A stretch of 64,000 nt of DNA from Takakia lepidozioides (GCA_030704615.1 CM060732.1:19592001-19656000); one strand, 5' to 3'; shown: positions 36,679-49,164, counted from the first letter of the stretch. The notes: generated by a model from the letters alone, not told the origin. Numbers and translations are program-made.

Positions 36679-37404
36679 TGTCGCGGCCCTGTGCCTTGAG
36701 GGCAGGGGGTCGGGACGCAGGAGGGGTTGCCGATGTGGTGGGGGCAGTGGCAGCGATAGGTACGGGGGGCTGAAGCACCCTTGAGTGCCCAAGGCGCTCA
36801 AGGAGGCGGAGGCGCTCACTAGGTGGAGCCCTGCACACCGGGTTGCGGTGGGGGTGGCTCCACAAGGGGTGGCGGTAGCTTAGCGAGACTTAGTGGGGGT
36901 GGCATAGGACTCACCATGGGGCGGAGACCTTGTGGTGGGAGTCGTGGGGAGTCTTGGGACTCATCACGGTCCAATGGGGCAATGGTGGGTGGGCCAAGAC
37001 TCACCGCGACTCATCACCGGGAGTCGAGGGTCTTCGTGGTGGTTCGCCATAAAATGGCAGGGTTGTTTGTGAAACCCCCGCGGACAGTCACAGAAGTATA
37101 TATAGGAAGTAGTAACCCCGAGAACGGTGCAAGCTCGTTGGTGACCAAAAACTAGTGAGTAAGCGTACGAGTCGTAAAGCGACCAAGGAATGGGGAGCTA
37201 TTCTGGACTGCCATCTACCAAAGGAAATTCCCACTAGGCCCAAATTGGTGGAGGGTCTTTTGGAAGAGTAAATGGGGACCGTTATGTCCCGGTGAGCAGC
37301 CGAAGCTCCAAGTTGGCCCGGCGGCCAGGTTGGGAGTTAGGCGCGCGCATCAAAGCGAGTAACTATGACTTGAAGGGGAGCTTACCGAAGTGAGGTGCGC
37401 GACA
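36679..37404 (+). mobile_element. 5' LTR of a Ty3/gypsy element
   Basis: Termini TGTCGCG...CGCGACA, TATA-like TATATATAGG near 37097, and a PBS immediately downstream. Confidence 0.85.
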
Positions 37405-37406
37405 CT

Positions 37407-37418
37407 TGGTATCAGAGC
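37407..37418 (+). promoter_or_regulatory. Primer-binding site complementary to initiator tRNA-Met
   Basis: TGGTATCAGAGC lies 2 nt after the LTR end. Confidence 0.9.
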
Positions 37419-37459
37419 TTAGAGTTCAGTACGCGATAGTCCTTGGGATCGGCCTCATC

Positions 37460-40125
37460 ATGGGGTCGGGCAAGCCAAAGCGAAAGCGGAACGGCCCGAA
37501 AGATGATGATCATGGTGAGCCCGATGGGGGCGACGTGTCACCGAAGCGGCCATTTGAGGAAGCGATGCATGCTTTTGAAAACGAGGCCACTCAAGAACGG
37601 GAGGAATCTGAGGAGTCAGAGCCCGAGGAATTCCTGAGAACTCCGACAGACCAACAGATGCATCCCATGCCAGCAGCCTTTTTGGGAAGGGTTGTTGGCA
37701 TAGTTTGGCGGGACGTTGAAAGACGTGTTGAAGGCGGCTAATGTCACTTCCACTAAGGCAAAGTTTAAGGTGAAGCCTAAGGAACCCGACACCTTTGAGG
37801 GCGTCCGAAATCGGAAGGCACTCAACACCTGGCTCTTGGAGCTAGAGCAGTACTTCCGGGTGGCCAAGTTGAGTGACGAGGATCGGGTGGAAGTGGCTCC
37901 CACCTATTTGAGGGGCTATGATCAACAATGGTGGCAAAAACGCCTTCACGACCGAGGTCCAAACCCGGAAACCTTGAACTGGAGTGGGTTCAAGGAACTT
38001 ATGAAGAGACAGTTTGTGCCCCTCAACGCGTCCTGGCTCGCCCGGGACAAGATGAGGAATTTGAAGCAAACGGATAACATTCGGGGATATGTTCAGGCTT
38101 TCAATGTGCTGTTGCTCGAAGTTGTGGACATGGTAGAACCAAAAATGGTCTTCAACTTTGTGGCGGGACTGGCCCCATGGGCCAGGCAAAGTTGGAGGAG
38201 AAGCCACCTAAGACTTTGAACGAGGCAATTGAGAGGGTTGAATGTTTCTCGGATGTCCCTAGGGGCGAAAGACAAGGCTGTACGGAGCTGAACCACAAGA
38301 AGGCCCGGCGGGAGGGTGACTCCTTCCGACCGGAAAAGAAGTGGGATAGGCCACGCGGTGACAATGGCACGTGGAAATCGAAGGGAGGGCCTTCACACGT
38401 CAAGGCGGCACCCGGTGCTCCGAAAGTAAAAGCAGGTGCGACGGCTTATGGCGGACAGAAGGCGACCTTCGATGGAGTGAGCTTCAATTGCGGGGAGCCC
38501 GGCCACATGGCCAAGAAGTGCACGAAACCCCGATTATTGAACATGACTCGGGCGACCACGGAGCTGTCCAAAGATTCAATCAGCCGCTTGGTGGAGGCGG
38601 TGGTCGCCAAGACTTGCAAGGTAGGCAACTACTTTTGTGAGTTGTATCAGGAAACTGGCGCCTTGCGTAAAGGAAGTCAGTTAATGTTCGTGGATGGGAT
38701 AATTTCCAGAACTAACGTGTCGTTGTTGGTGGATACATGAGCGTCGCACTCCTTCATGACACCGGCAACGGCACGAAAGCTGGGGATCTCGACAAGTGAC
38801 GTGGGGGCCTCTATTGAGGTGCGTTCTGCCAAAAGAGAACCACAATTGGCGACGAGGTTGACGTTCGATGTTCCTCTTCAACTAGGGAGTTAGGAGGGAT
38901 GTGAGAACTTAACCATTTGCGAGATCGATGGAGTGGATCTCATTTTGGGGATGACCTTTTTGAGCAAATCCGGAGCGGTCATAGATAGCCGCAAGAGAGT
39001 AGTCTCGCTGTCATGTGGGAATGGTGCGAAGTTTTACGAGTGTCGAAAACGCCCAAACCCGTGGGAGGGCGAATAAACCTTCTGTCAGCAAGGGAGTGGG
39101 CCGTGGAGGAGTCACACGAGCCCCAGTGTTTGTTTTACGTAAGACAAGTGAAAGGAGAAGGCGATGGGGAGCCGAGCCCAGATTGGATCAAGGGGATCTT
39201 GGAGAAATACTAGGATGTGATGCCGGAGGATTCACCAAGCGGCTTGCCACCGCGAAGGGGAGTTGACCACAAGATTGAGGTGATGCCGGGATCGGAGCCG
39301 CCTACCAAGGCGCCCTACCGGTTGAGCCACAGAGAGTTGGTCGAGCTGAAGACTCAGCTCAAGGATCTAATGTCAAAGGGGTATATCCAGCCGAGTAAAT
39401 CACCTTACGGAGCCCCAGTGCTATTCGCAGACAAGAAAGATAGAACACTGCGGATGTGTGTCGATTACAGGGCTCTGAATAAGGTGACTATCAAAAACCG
39501 GTACCATTTGCCAAGGATCGACAACCTTTTCAATCGGTTGGCAGGAGCGAAGTATTTCAGCCGGATCGATTTGCGCTCCGGCTGTCATCAAATTCGAGTT
39601 GCGGAAGGAGATGAGGAGAAGACCGCGTGCATGACAAGGTATGGTTCATATGAGTTCTTGGTGATGCCTTTTGGGCTCACCAACGCACCCGCAACCTTTA
39701 GCATGCTGATGAACAGCCTTTTCCAGGAGTGGCTGGATGACTTTGTGATCGTGTACATCGACGATATCTTGGTGTACTCAAAAACAAAGGAGGAGCACCT
39801 GGAGCACCTCAAAAGGGTGTTCCAGGAATTGCGGGAAGGGAAGCTGTATGCCAAAGCTTCAAAGTGCGAATTCGGGGTCATAAAAGTAGAGTTCCTGGGG
39901 CATGTGATTACACAAGATGGGATCAAAATGGATGACAGAAAGGTGAGGGCGATCTTGGACTGGGAGCCTCTGATTTCGGTCCCGGGAGTGCGATCCTTCC
40001 TAGGATTCGCCTCTTATTACCGAAAGTATGTGAGAAATTTTGTCAAGATCGCGGGGCTGCTGTCAGACTGTCTGTGTAAATCCAAGGTATGGGTATGGAA
40101 CACCTTTTGTGGCCAAGCTTTTGGG
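37460..40125 (+). pseudogene. Ty3/gypsy gag-protease-RT, frameshifted, truncated before RNase H and integrase; no 3' LTR
   Basis: Gag PKEPDTFEG...WLLELEQYF...LKQTDNIRGY, knuckle SFNCGEPGHMAKKC, protease LLVDT*ASHSF, and [13 protein letters not shown]...[13 protein letters not shown]...[10 protein letters not shown]...[11 protein letters not shown]. Confidence 0.95.
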
Positions 40126-40754
40126 AGATAACCATACGTGCGGGAGACATTCGAGATTGGTGGGAGAGAGAGCAGTTTTGCCGCGATCTGGGAGGGCATT
40201 GGAGTCAAAGAAGGTCCAGGTTTATCCGGCTCCTACAGGTTCTATGGGTGCCGGAGGAGAACGAATTGTATGACCGACAACCGATTGAGAGACATTTGTT
40301 GATGTCCGAACTGGAAGATGCTATAATATGTCAACGCCGAATGAATGATGCGTACGAGGTGGCTTATCGTCGAAACGACACAATGATTAGGGACAGGGCC
40401 CGCGAGAGGCAGTTGGAAAGTTTCAAAAGTACCATCAAGGCAGTTGTAGAGAAATGGAGGCGACTATGGACAGACTGTTATCATCGTGTTTCGGGGGCTG
40501 TATTGCCGGATGTGGACGACCTCGTTGCCGATTTGCATGCAACCCGAGCACTTGTTTTCGATCCACCTCCACCACGTCGTGAGAGTAAAGAAGAAATTCA
40601 ATTTTCGCTGCGAAGTAGGCGGATGCAGGCCAGAATTGATCACATGCCATTGGGCCCCTCATTGACCACGAGATCACAGTCGCAAGCTCTGGCAATTGGC
40701 AGTGCAAATCAGGTCACATCATCAAATTCCACATCCTCAGACAGTGACAACTAG
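40126..40754 (+). CDS. 5'-truncated orphan ORF (about 210 codons) joined to the broken gypsy RT
   Basis: Long stop-free frame with protein-like composition beginning at the retroelement breakpoint; no recognisable family. Confidence 0.4.
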
Positions 40755-41204
40755 GCTTTTAATGACTGGCAGCATAATACATATACAATATGCATTTTTA
40801 TTGTACCTTGAATATTGTTTAAAAACACAGTGATGGCATTCCGCCAAGTTTGTATATCACCAATTTTGTTAATACACAATGCACATGTGCGGCACCTGCC
40901 AATTTCAATTGCATGAGCAGCGTTTTCTTCACATTTACACTCATGTGATGGAGAAGAAGTAGTTCACCCTGTAAACAAATTTACAATGGTGTCATATTTG
41001 GTCATGACGTGTATGTGGGTATTTGCAATGAACTCCGAAAGCTGGAGAACAAGGAAAATTAATGTTAACAAATAAGTTATAACGAGTTACGAACGGTCGT
41101 CTTCCAAACAAATTTCGCCTGGTCCCTGCGTATTTCATAATCATTTCGCAAAATCTATGATCTTTCTACAAACATACCCACAAAGTTCTGAAAGCACAAA
41201 ATAA

Positions 41205-41870
41205 TTTCGATTGATCTCATATGACACTGGGACGTATCAGAGGGTACATTGAACACACTGGCCAAGTTTCAAAGCGAACGAAAATCATTTGGATGGGCAA
41301 CCATCCGTTGGCCCATTGAACAAATTTCGATTGAACTCATATTACTCTCGGGCCACTTACATGGCACATTGAACATAGTGGCCAAGTCTCAAAGCGAACC
41401 AAAATCATTTCGATGGCCAACCATCCGTTGAGCCATCGAATGAATTTTGATTGATCTGATGTTAGTCCGGGACCTGTGAGAGAGTGTTTCGAACGTGCTA
41501 GCAAAGTTTGGAAGCTAACAAAAATGATTTGGATGGGCAACCATCCGTTCACCCGTCGAATGTATTCCGTTGGAGCTGCTATTGCTTTGGGACCTGTTGG
41601 ACTATGTTTCGCGTGCTCACGATTTTTTTTCATTCTGTTTTTGAATGGGGCGTGTAATGTAGCCATATGCAACATGTGTGCCAAATTTGGGAGCGATCAA
41701 AATTCATTTGGACCCAAAACCACAATTTCTTCCCTGTTTTGCACTCCCAACTTGATTTGTGTTCTACTTCATGCACTATTTGTAGAGAGTTCTGCAATAA
41801 TGAGTGAAGAGAACACTTTTTTTTGGGGGCATTTTTTATTGGTCCAAATTTTGGTGGGGGAGTAGCCGTA
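41205..41870. repeat. 120-bp tandem array with GGATGG-GCAA-CCATCC hairpin, plus a conserved tail (block 1)
   Basis: AAAATCATTTGGATGGGCAACCATCC-type motifs at 41281, 41401 and 41521, with a degenerate copy near 41700. Confidence 0.9.
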
Positions 41871-42179
41871 GGATGTTGGAAGCCGCAGAACAAAATTGAG
41901 CCAAAAACAAAATCGATACGTGCCAGAAACCCCCTTTGAAAGGCAGTGCAAACCTATTTATTGGCTTAAAATAAATTTAAATTCAATTTAATTGTGGAAT
42001 GGCTTGAGCGGGGAGCGCGTCGATGGCGAGGCAAATGATTTATTCATCTATTGTGTCTCCGCACATGTGTCGCACACATGTTCAAGCACATGCGGGCAAA
42101 AGAGGGGCTTCAACCACATCCGTTCAATGGGTGCAATAGCCGTGCACACATTGCAGGATTTCTTTTTCGCATTGAACAA

Positions 42180-42625
42180 AAACCAGATGACAAGTGAACG
42201 CCTCATTGGACAATCGAACAATTTTCGATTGATCTCGTATTACACTGGGACGTATCAGATGGTACATTGAACACACTAGCCAAGTTTCAAAGCAAACGAA
42301 AATCATTTGGATGGGCAACCATCCGTTAGCCCATTGAACGAATTTCGATTGAACTCATATTACTCTGGGGCCTCTTACATGGCACATTGAACATAGTGGC
42401 CAAGTCTCAAAGCGAACCAAAATCATTTCGATGGCCAACCATCCGTTGAGCCATCGAATGAATTTCGATTGATGTGATATTAGTCCGGGACTTGATACAT
42501 GGTATGTTGAACATAGTGGCAAAGATTGAAAGCAAACAAAAATCATTTGGATGGGCAACCATTCAATCGCCCATTGAATGAATAGGGTTTGGTCTTCGAT
42601 TATGCTGGGACCTGTTACATGGTAT
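42180..42625. repeat. 120-bp tandem array (block 2, near-duplicate of block 1)
   Basis: The same motif occurs at about 42300, 42420 and 42540. Confidence 0.9.
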
Positions 42626-42638
42626 GCCCTTTGAAGCT

Positions 42639-42929
42639 CTTTTTGTAGTGTCTCCTGCCTCGTAATGCGGTGCTTCTCCATGTCCACTTTATCCAATATG
42701 TTAATATTCTCCACCTGGAACAGATCCACATATGTGTGCATAAATCCTTAAAAAAACAAATGACCATCTCAACTTTTATAAGCCTCATCCCCAGCTTCCA
42801 GTTTTGATGGTCATTTGGTTTTTTAAGTTATATACGTATGTGTGGATATGTTCCAGATGGAAAATATTAACATTGGAAAAATAAGAGTTGGAGAAGCACC
42901 TCATTACGAAGCAAGAGACATTATAGAAG
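42639..42929. repeat. Long imperfect inverted repeat (arms about 135 bp)
   Basis: 42639-42774 pairs with 42800-42929, e.g. CGTAATGCGGTGCTTCTCCA / TGGAGAAGCACCTCATTACG. Confidence 0.9.
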
Positions 42930-43232
42930 ACCTCAGCATGTTGAACATCTGGATGAAGAACCTTGCCCATCGTCGCTTCAAAGTTCTAGCGCTTCTGAAA
43001 TGATCACATGTTTGTTGGTGGAAGCAGATCTCGTAGGCCACATTGATCTCGTACCCATCGAAGACTCCCGTAAGCCACTTGGAACGGTTCATGTGATACA
43101 TTTTCACAAATGCGATGTGATACATTTGTGAAATGGTATCACATCAACCGTTTAATGTGGCCAATGCACGTCTTCCGCACCATGGCGGAAATGTTTGCCA
43201 CTTGAAAGCACAAACATAAATAATCCGTGCAA

Positions 43233-43602
43233 ACAATCTCAAGAATCATATGTACTGCAAGGTGTTTCATACTGCCGATGTTCATGTAGCTGAATTATTT
43301 AGGAATCGTTTTGCTACTCCCATGCCAACAACATCAGGTCCACTGTGACTGTCATATTCCGAATTCCGTATCAGCCACCACGGACATGAACCCAGGAACT
43401 TCGCACAAAATCTCCAATTTATTCAATTTATGGTGGGCCATGGCTGCAGCCTACAAGCTGGCCGGGGTGGCTGATACGTCTGTTTGAACATGACAGTCTC
43501 AGAGGACGTTGGCATGGGAATAGCAAAAAGATTACTACAAAATTCAGCTAGAGGAACAACAATAACATGAAACACCTTACCGTAAATATGATTGTTGACA
43601 TT
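43233..43602. repeat. Long diverged inverted repeat (arms about 145 bp)
   Basis: CGTATCAGCCACC / GGTGGCTGATACG, CCCATGCCAAC / GTTGGCATGGG and AAGGTGTTTCAT / ATGAAACACCTT occur in mirrored order. Confidence 0.85.
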
Positions 43603-43676
43603 GGTTGCGAGAGCTCCAATCAATAGAGAACTCGCACCATCAGTTGCGCTCCAACAGCAGTACCATTCCCCCGAGT

Positions 43677-44207
43677 AAATAAAATTCCGTTGTAGATAAT
43701 AAATTGCATATGCTCGAACCTCACAAATGTCATTTCAACAAAACCGGCCGTGTATTGTGGCACTGTTTGTAACTTCGAATGTTTCAATGTTTCTGACAGG
43801 GTACTGAGAAAATGATATATTGGATCCATAGGAGTTAGACAACAAACGTTCCATATCTCATTCAACTGTGCGACACTACCATGAGTGGCATGGATACAAA
43901 AGTAATAGGTGTACATGCGACCTCCGTACATTTAAGTAGAGACCTAGTATCAAACGTTCGGAGGTCGTATGTGCACCTATTACTTTTCGATCCATGCCTC
44001 TCATGATAGTGTCGCACAGTTGAATGAGAAAAGACGTTTGTTGTCTAACTCCCACGGAACTAATACATCGTTTTCTCATAACCCTATCCAAAACCTTGGA
44101 ACATTACAAATATAAACAGTGATCCAGTACACAAACCATTTATGTTGCGATGACAGGTGCCAGGGTCGAGCATATGCAATGTAGTATTTACAATGGGACT
44201 TTATTTA
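43677..44207. repeat. Long imperfect inverted repeat (arms about 255 bp, centre near 43943)
   Basis: TCTCATTCAACTGTGCGACACTA / TAGTGTCGCACAGTTGAATGAGA, GGAGTTAGACAACAAACGT / ACGTTTGTTGTCTAACTCC and TTGCATATGCTCGA / TCGAGCATATGCAA. Confidence 0.92.
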
Positions 44208-44290
44208 TTACATGCACGATCAAAATTGAGTTATGTCTTCATAAAAGAACCATTGTACCGCCAGAAATCTCATATCTACGAGACTATGGT

Positions 44291-45740
44291 CTACTCCGTC
44301 CTATATACGTCTTTCGGCTCAGGCCAATTGAATGGCTTGCCCATGAACCGAAGTACTACATGGGCTAATGTGACTCTCTCATTCTTGTTGTTGTTGTACA
44401 ACCTTTGTAGCATTGAATGCCAACAACCTCCCGTAAATTGGTCCTGGAACATACTTTGATCATAATGAGCACCGCCATTTATTTGTACCGCTATCTTCCC
44501 AATGGCAAAGGCCTCCGACGTCATGTCCTGGGGGGGGGTGGCATTCGCATTGAAAATCGATGCAATATCTTTTTCCACCCACCATCTTTTCGCGAGTTCC
44601 CGGTCCAGCTTGTCTTGGTTTTCAAACTGGTACGGCGAGACTTTGCGTATGCCCAATGGGGTGGCTAAGCCCCAATCACACACCCCAATCTTGATCTCCT
44701 CGGTGCCATCTGGAAAATGCGACAAGATGTTGTCGGGAGAAAAGTCGTTGTGCAGGACACCGTTCTTGTGGACAGCATCCATGATGCACACCAGTGCCCA
44801 TGCAAGTTTACTGCGCATTTTTTGGAAACGAAGTAAACGATCGCACTCCTGGAACTCTTCTTCCGTTCCCTTTTGTTCCAAAATCACCATGTTGTCCGAA
44901 TCGTTGCCCCATTTTCTGTCAAGGTTCATCATGTCGCGTATTGTCCCCCCATTCCACTAGCGAGTGTAACCCTCTACCTTACGTGCATTCACAGCAAAAT
45001 ACGAGATAACACCCGGATGCTGGAACTTCACTGCCAAACACTCGTCGTTATGTTGTCTCAACGCCTTTTTGAACTTGGGTTTTTTTTCCCGTTAGCTCCC
45101 AACGCTCTGTTATTCTAGAATTGCCAACAATCCTACAGTGATGGACCTTAGCATACCCTCTTTCTTTGTAAGGGCCAATCTCTATCACCTTCGCACTAGA
45201 GTTCAAGTAATAAAGACCAGTTGTGTCTCCCCCGCTCGATGACCCCGCCTTCCAAGGGACAACCCTAGTCCGGCGATGTGAATTCTGACTTGCCGAGCAA
45301 GCCCAATACTCAACACGCCGCATTAACTCAGCTTCGGCGGAGGGCACTTGACCCTCGGTTGTTCTACCCTTCCATGTCTTCATTAGTTGCCTCAAATTCC
45401 ACGTGGCGTTTTTCGCTCTACTTTGGATCCACCGATTGAACTTCGGTTTGTCCCTGTCCGCCGTCCACTTAGCCCCTACCAAAGCGTTTGTCATTTTCTT
45501 CTCTATATTTTGCTGAAAAATCTGAAACCCCTCCCATCCATGCCTGACATAAGCACTCACCAGCCTCATCATGTCCCTACCCTTGAAATAATCCACTACC
45601 ACTTCTTTCACCCTATCCAAGGCATCCGGTCCCGGGTAGTCTAGCTTGTTGACTTGGCTATCCAGCTCGTGGGCACATTTTCTCTTCCTCCGCCCCCGAG
45701 ACGACCTCGCCCCAGAACTTGAATTCACAACCTCCGACAT
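44291..45740 (-). pseudogene. Intronless divergent protein kinase (HND catalytic loop, DWG) with a frameshift and a stop
   Basis: RGYAKVHHC (subdomain I-like), frameshift at the poly-T run near 45080-45088, HPGVISYF, TAG at 44957-59, VHKNGVLHNDFSPDNIL, IGVCDWGLA and SEAFAIG. Confidence 0.85.
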
Positions 45741-46059
45741 TATATAAACATTTGTCCACTACATGGTCCAAAACCTCAAAAAACGGCAATGAACGTGTGT
45801 GTGGATGGTGTCTTCGTAGTTTTCTGCAAAAAAATAAGCCGCCGGAGATCCGGAAACGGCAAAATGGTGATACGATGATTGTACTGTGAACAAGTGTGTG
45901 GGACTGACCAATAGAAAACCGACAAAACCTCCCCCCCCAAATAATCACCTTTGTACCTCCCGTTGGAAGTGCCAAGCAACGAAGTCCTAAAGGACTACAG
46001 GATGCCAAGGAACCGCACCACAAGAGGGGCAAAAGTGATCAGAAAAGAAGGGGGAATGG

Positions 46060-46069
46060 TTTATATAGG
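46060..46069 (-). promoter_or_regulatory. Candidate TATA box of the kinase gene
   Basis: CCTATATAAA on the minus strand, about 320 bp upstream of ATG 45740. Confidence 0.4.
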
Positions 46070-46318
46070 CGCCCACCAACCCCCCCCCCCAAAAAAATGG
46101 CATTATGCTTGAAAAGGCGCGACAGGCCAGTGGCGCCTCGCCACGCGCACCCACATGGGAGAGGTCAAGGGTTCAAAACCACCTCCCCCCATCCCATTTG
46201 TTTCGTTTTTCCTGACCCGTGGCACCTCGCCACGTGGCGCCGAGGCGCCGCTTCATGATTAAAATTTAAAAATTAAACGCCACACGGGTCCCTGGATTTC
46301 TAAGGAAAAAAAAAACAC

Positions 46319-47108
46319 GCGACCGCCGCATGGCGGTCGCTATATTTATAAAAACAAGAAGAGCGACCGCCACATAGCGGTCGCTGCTTTTTAAAAATAT
46401 ATATTAAATAAGCAACCGCCTACTGGCGGTCGCTTAATTCAAGATTCAAAATATAAATAAGCGACCGCCGCTAAATGGCGGTCGCTTCATTTAAAAAAAT
46501 ATATTAAGTAAGCGACCGCTAAACGCGATTGCATAATTTAAAGAATCAAAATCAAATCGAGCGACCGCTTCCAAATGGCGGTCGCTGTATTCTTTATTAA
46601 CAAAAATAGCAACGGCCGCCAAATGGTGGTCGCTGCATTTTTCAAAAATTAACTGAAGACTCGACCGCCAAACGGCGGTCACTTTATTTAAGAATAAAAA
46701 TAAAAATAAGCGACCGCTGCTAAATGGCGGTCGCTAAATTTAAAATATATATATAGCGACCGCCACATGGCGGTCGCTGTATTTTTACAGAATATATCAA
46801 AGATATAATAATAATAATTTAATAAAGTGCGAGCGACCGCCAATCTGGGCGGTCGCTTCATTTAAAACATATTAAACTTCAACCGACCGCCAATGTAGGC
46901 GGTCGCTTATTTTAAAATGTAATAAAATACAAGCGACCGCCAATATGGGCGGTCGCTTCATTTATAAATAAATAAATTACCGGCGACCGCCAATACTGGT
47001 GGTCGCTTAATTTAACAAAATATTAAATTACAAGCGACCGCCAATATGGGCGGTCGCTTTTATTTTTAAAATAATAAATTATATGCGACCGCCAATATAG
47101 GCGGACAC
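46319..47108. repeat. Array of 16 GC-rich palindromes (A)GCGACCGCC-N4-7-GGCGGTCGC(T) separated by AT-rich, non-identical spacers of about 20-40 bp
   Basis: Counted directly; period about 50 bp. Confidence 0.95.
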
Positions 47109-47526
47109 ATTTTTTTTTTAAAATTAATAATTATTAATAATTGGCCACGTCTGTTTTACACCGTGGCTGCCATGTCATTACAAAAGGTAGAAGTAATCGT
47201 AAAAGTCAAATGTAAAAAAAATTACATGGGTAAACGTCTGGATTCGACGTGACGTGACGCACGTCGGACGTGACGGCCGATGTGACAGCGCCACGTCACG
47301 TTAGGAATGATAACTAGGGCTGGATCTGAACCTCAGGAGCTGTACTAGCCTCAGCAAGTGAAGACATATGACCTGCAGAGCATAGGATAATACAATATTA
47401 GCCATTCATTTTGTTTCAAGTAAATGGACAATTTGCATTAAACATTTGTATTGAAGAGAGACTCACGCTCACGCATATGATGCTCCCTCTCCAACTGAAC
47501 ATTGTTCTTTTGTTCCTTCCACAATT

Positions 47527-49164
47527 TTACATCATTCTTTGCATCAATGCCACTTGTGGTTGTGCGTGGAGAAAGTCGATTGCAGATGCTCCCATGACCT
47601 TGTAGCCCACACTTTTCATCCACAGTGGGTGGACTTGCTTAGCACAATTGTTAATTTTGCACTGTGCATAAGACTTCAGGTGTATGCCGAGGCAAATTGC
47701 ATGGTAGAAATGGCCACATGACAACGTAATGGCATCCCAATAAGGAAACCCACCGTCACAAAGTGAACAAACATTGACTGAAAGTAAAGGGTGTTTTTGA
47801 TGTGGAGGGTGAAGGATCCGTTTATGGTTCATCTGAATATCGTCCGGATTCTCCCCTCTCTTGACTTTTTCAAGCTCATCCCACAACTCCTTTTTTTCAC
47901 GCTCTCTTAATTCCAACAACTCGATGTTGCGGGCAATGAGCTCATCTTGATCCTTGTAACGGTCATGTTGTGCGTTGTACAACTTCTTTATCTCAGTGAA
48001 CCTCGCTTGGAGCAGTTTCTCCATGGTAGTAGCATTTTTGGCCCCCTCTTCCAATTGCTCCATCTTAGAGAGAGATTCCTGCAGTAGGTTTTCCAAAGAC
48101 TCTCGCTCATCTTTTTGCAGTAGGGTTACCAAAGACTCTCGCTCTGGACTGAAATTGTCTTCCTGCACTTGATTCTCCAATTCCAGTAGTCTTGATTGCA
48201 GTAGCTTTTGATGTTCTCTGGCATTCTTCAAATCGCAGGTTGTCCTGTCCAACTCAATCTTGGCATTTGACCATGCCATGTTGGTTTCAGTGGACTGAGA
48301 CCGAAAATTCTCCAATCGAGAGGCTATTTCTTGTCTCTCCGTCTGCAACACATCCATAGCTGCTTTCACCTCCTGGAGCTCGAATTCTCTGTCATCCACC
48401 ATATTCCTCACGCATACAATGTGTTCATTCAACTCTTCAATTTCCCTATTTTTCTTTGAGAGTGCATCCTCGTGCTCCTCATGCAATCGTTGCATATGAG
48501 CATGCAACTTTTCCTCTCGGACGATGGCTTTGTCAGCCACTTGCAGAATCGCTTGTTGAAGCTCGATTTCGTGCCTTCCCGGAGCAAGACACTCCATCTT
48601 ACTCTGACCAGCTTGCAAGGAGTTGGCTTCAGCAGCAAAATCAGCCTAGTTCACGTCATTCCCCATTTTTTCCGCAATAAACCCCCTACAGAATTCCGTA
48701 CCAAAAACGGCAGTCTGTTGTAAAGCTCTTGAATACACCCTATGGTACAATGACTCGATTTCAGGGAGGAGAGCTTGGTCAGCGATGTCCAGAACCTTGT
48801 ATCTATTGCGATCGGTTTTGGGCCCAAACATCTTAAGCAAATCTACCTCTACCAACTTCTTTGCTTCATTCTTCCTGAAATCCTTCTTGGGATCAATGCC
48901 ATGGTGTGACAACCCTACAATCTCTCTAAAATACCATGCAGGGAGTGGTTGTCTAGGGTCCAAAGCTTTCACCCGAGCGTGAAGTGCAACATCTAACCGG
49001 GGACGTAATGGCGCAACATGGCCAGAAAAGTGGGGGACTTCTAAACTGGCAAAGGACAAAGGAAGCTGAAAGGGTATGATCTTTCTGCCCAGGACCTCCC
49101 CAACTAATTCACACACAGAAGCTCTAGTAGAACTTGAAGACGAAGCTGTAGGATCTTGAGACAT
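47527..49164 (-). pseudogene. N-terminal unknown domain + long coiled coil + RING-H2-type finger; one in-frame TAG
   Basis: ORFs 48646-49164 and 47527-48618 are in the same frame across DVN*ADFA (TAG at 48646-48648). RING motif CSLC...LSCGHFYHAICL...CKINNC. Confidence 0.8.

Noticed and set aside
46319-47108. CRISPR array
   Set aside because: Repeat loops vary, spacers are low-complexity A/T rather than foreign DNA, and there are no cas genes; a transposon subterminal array fits better.
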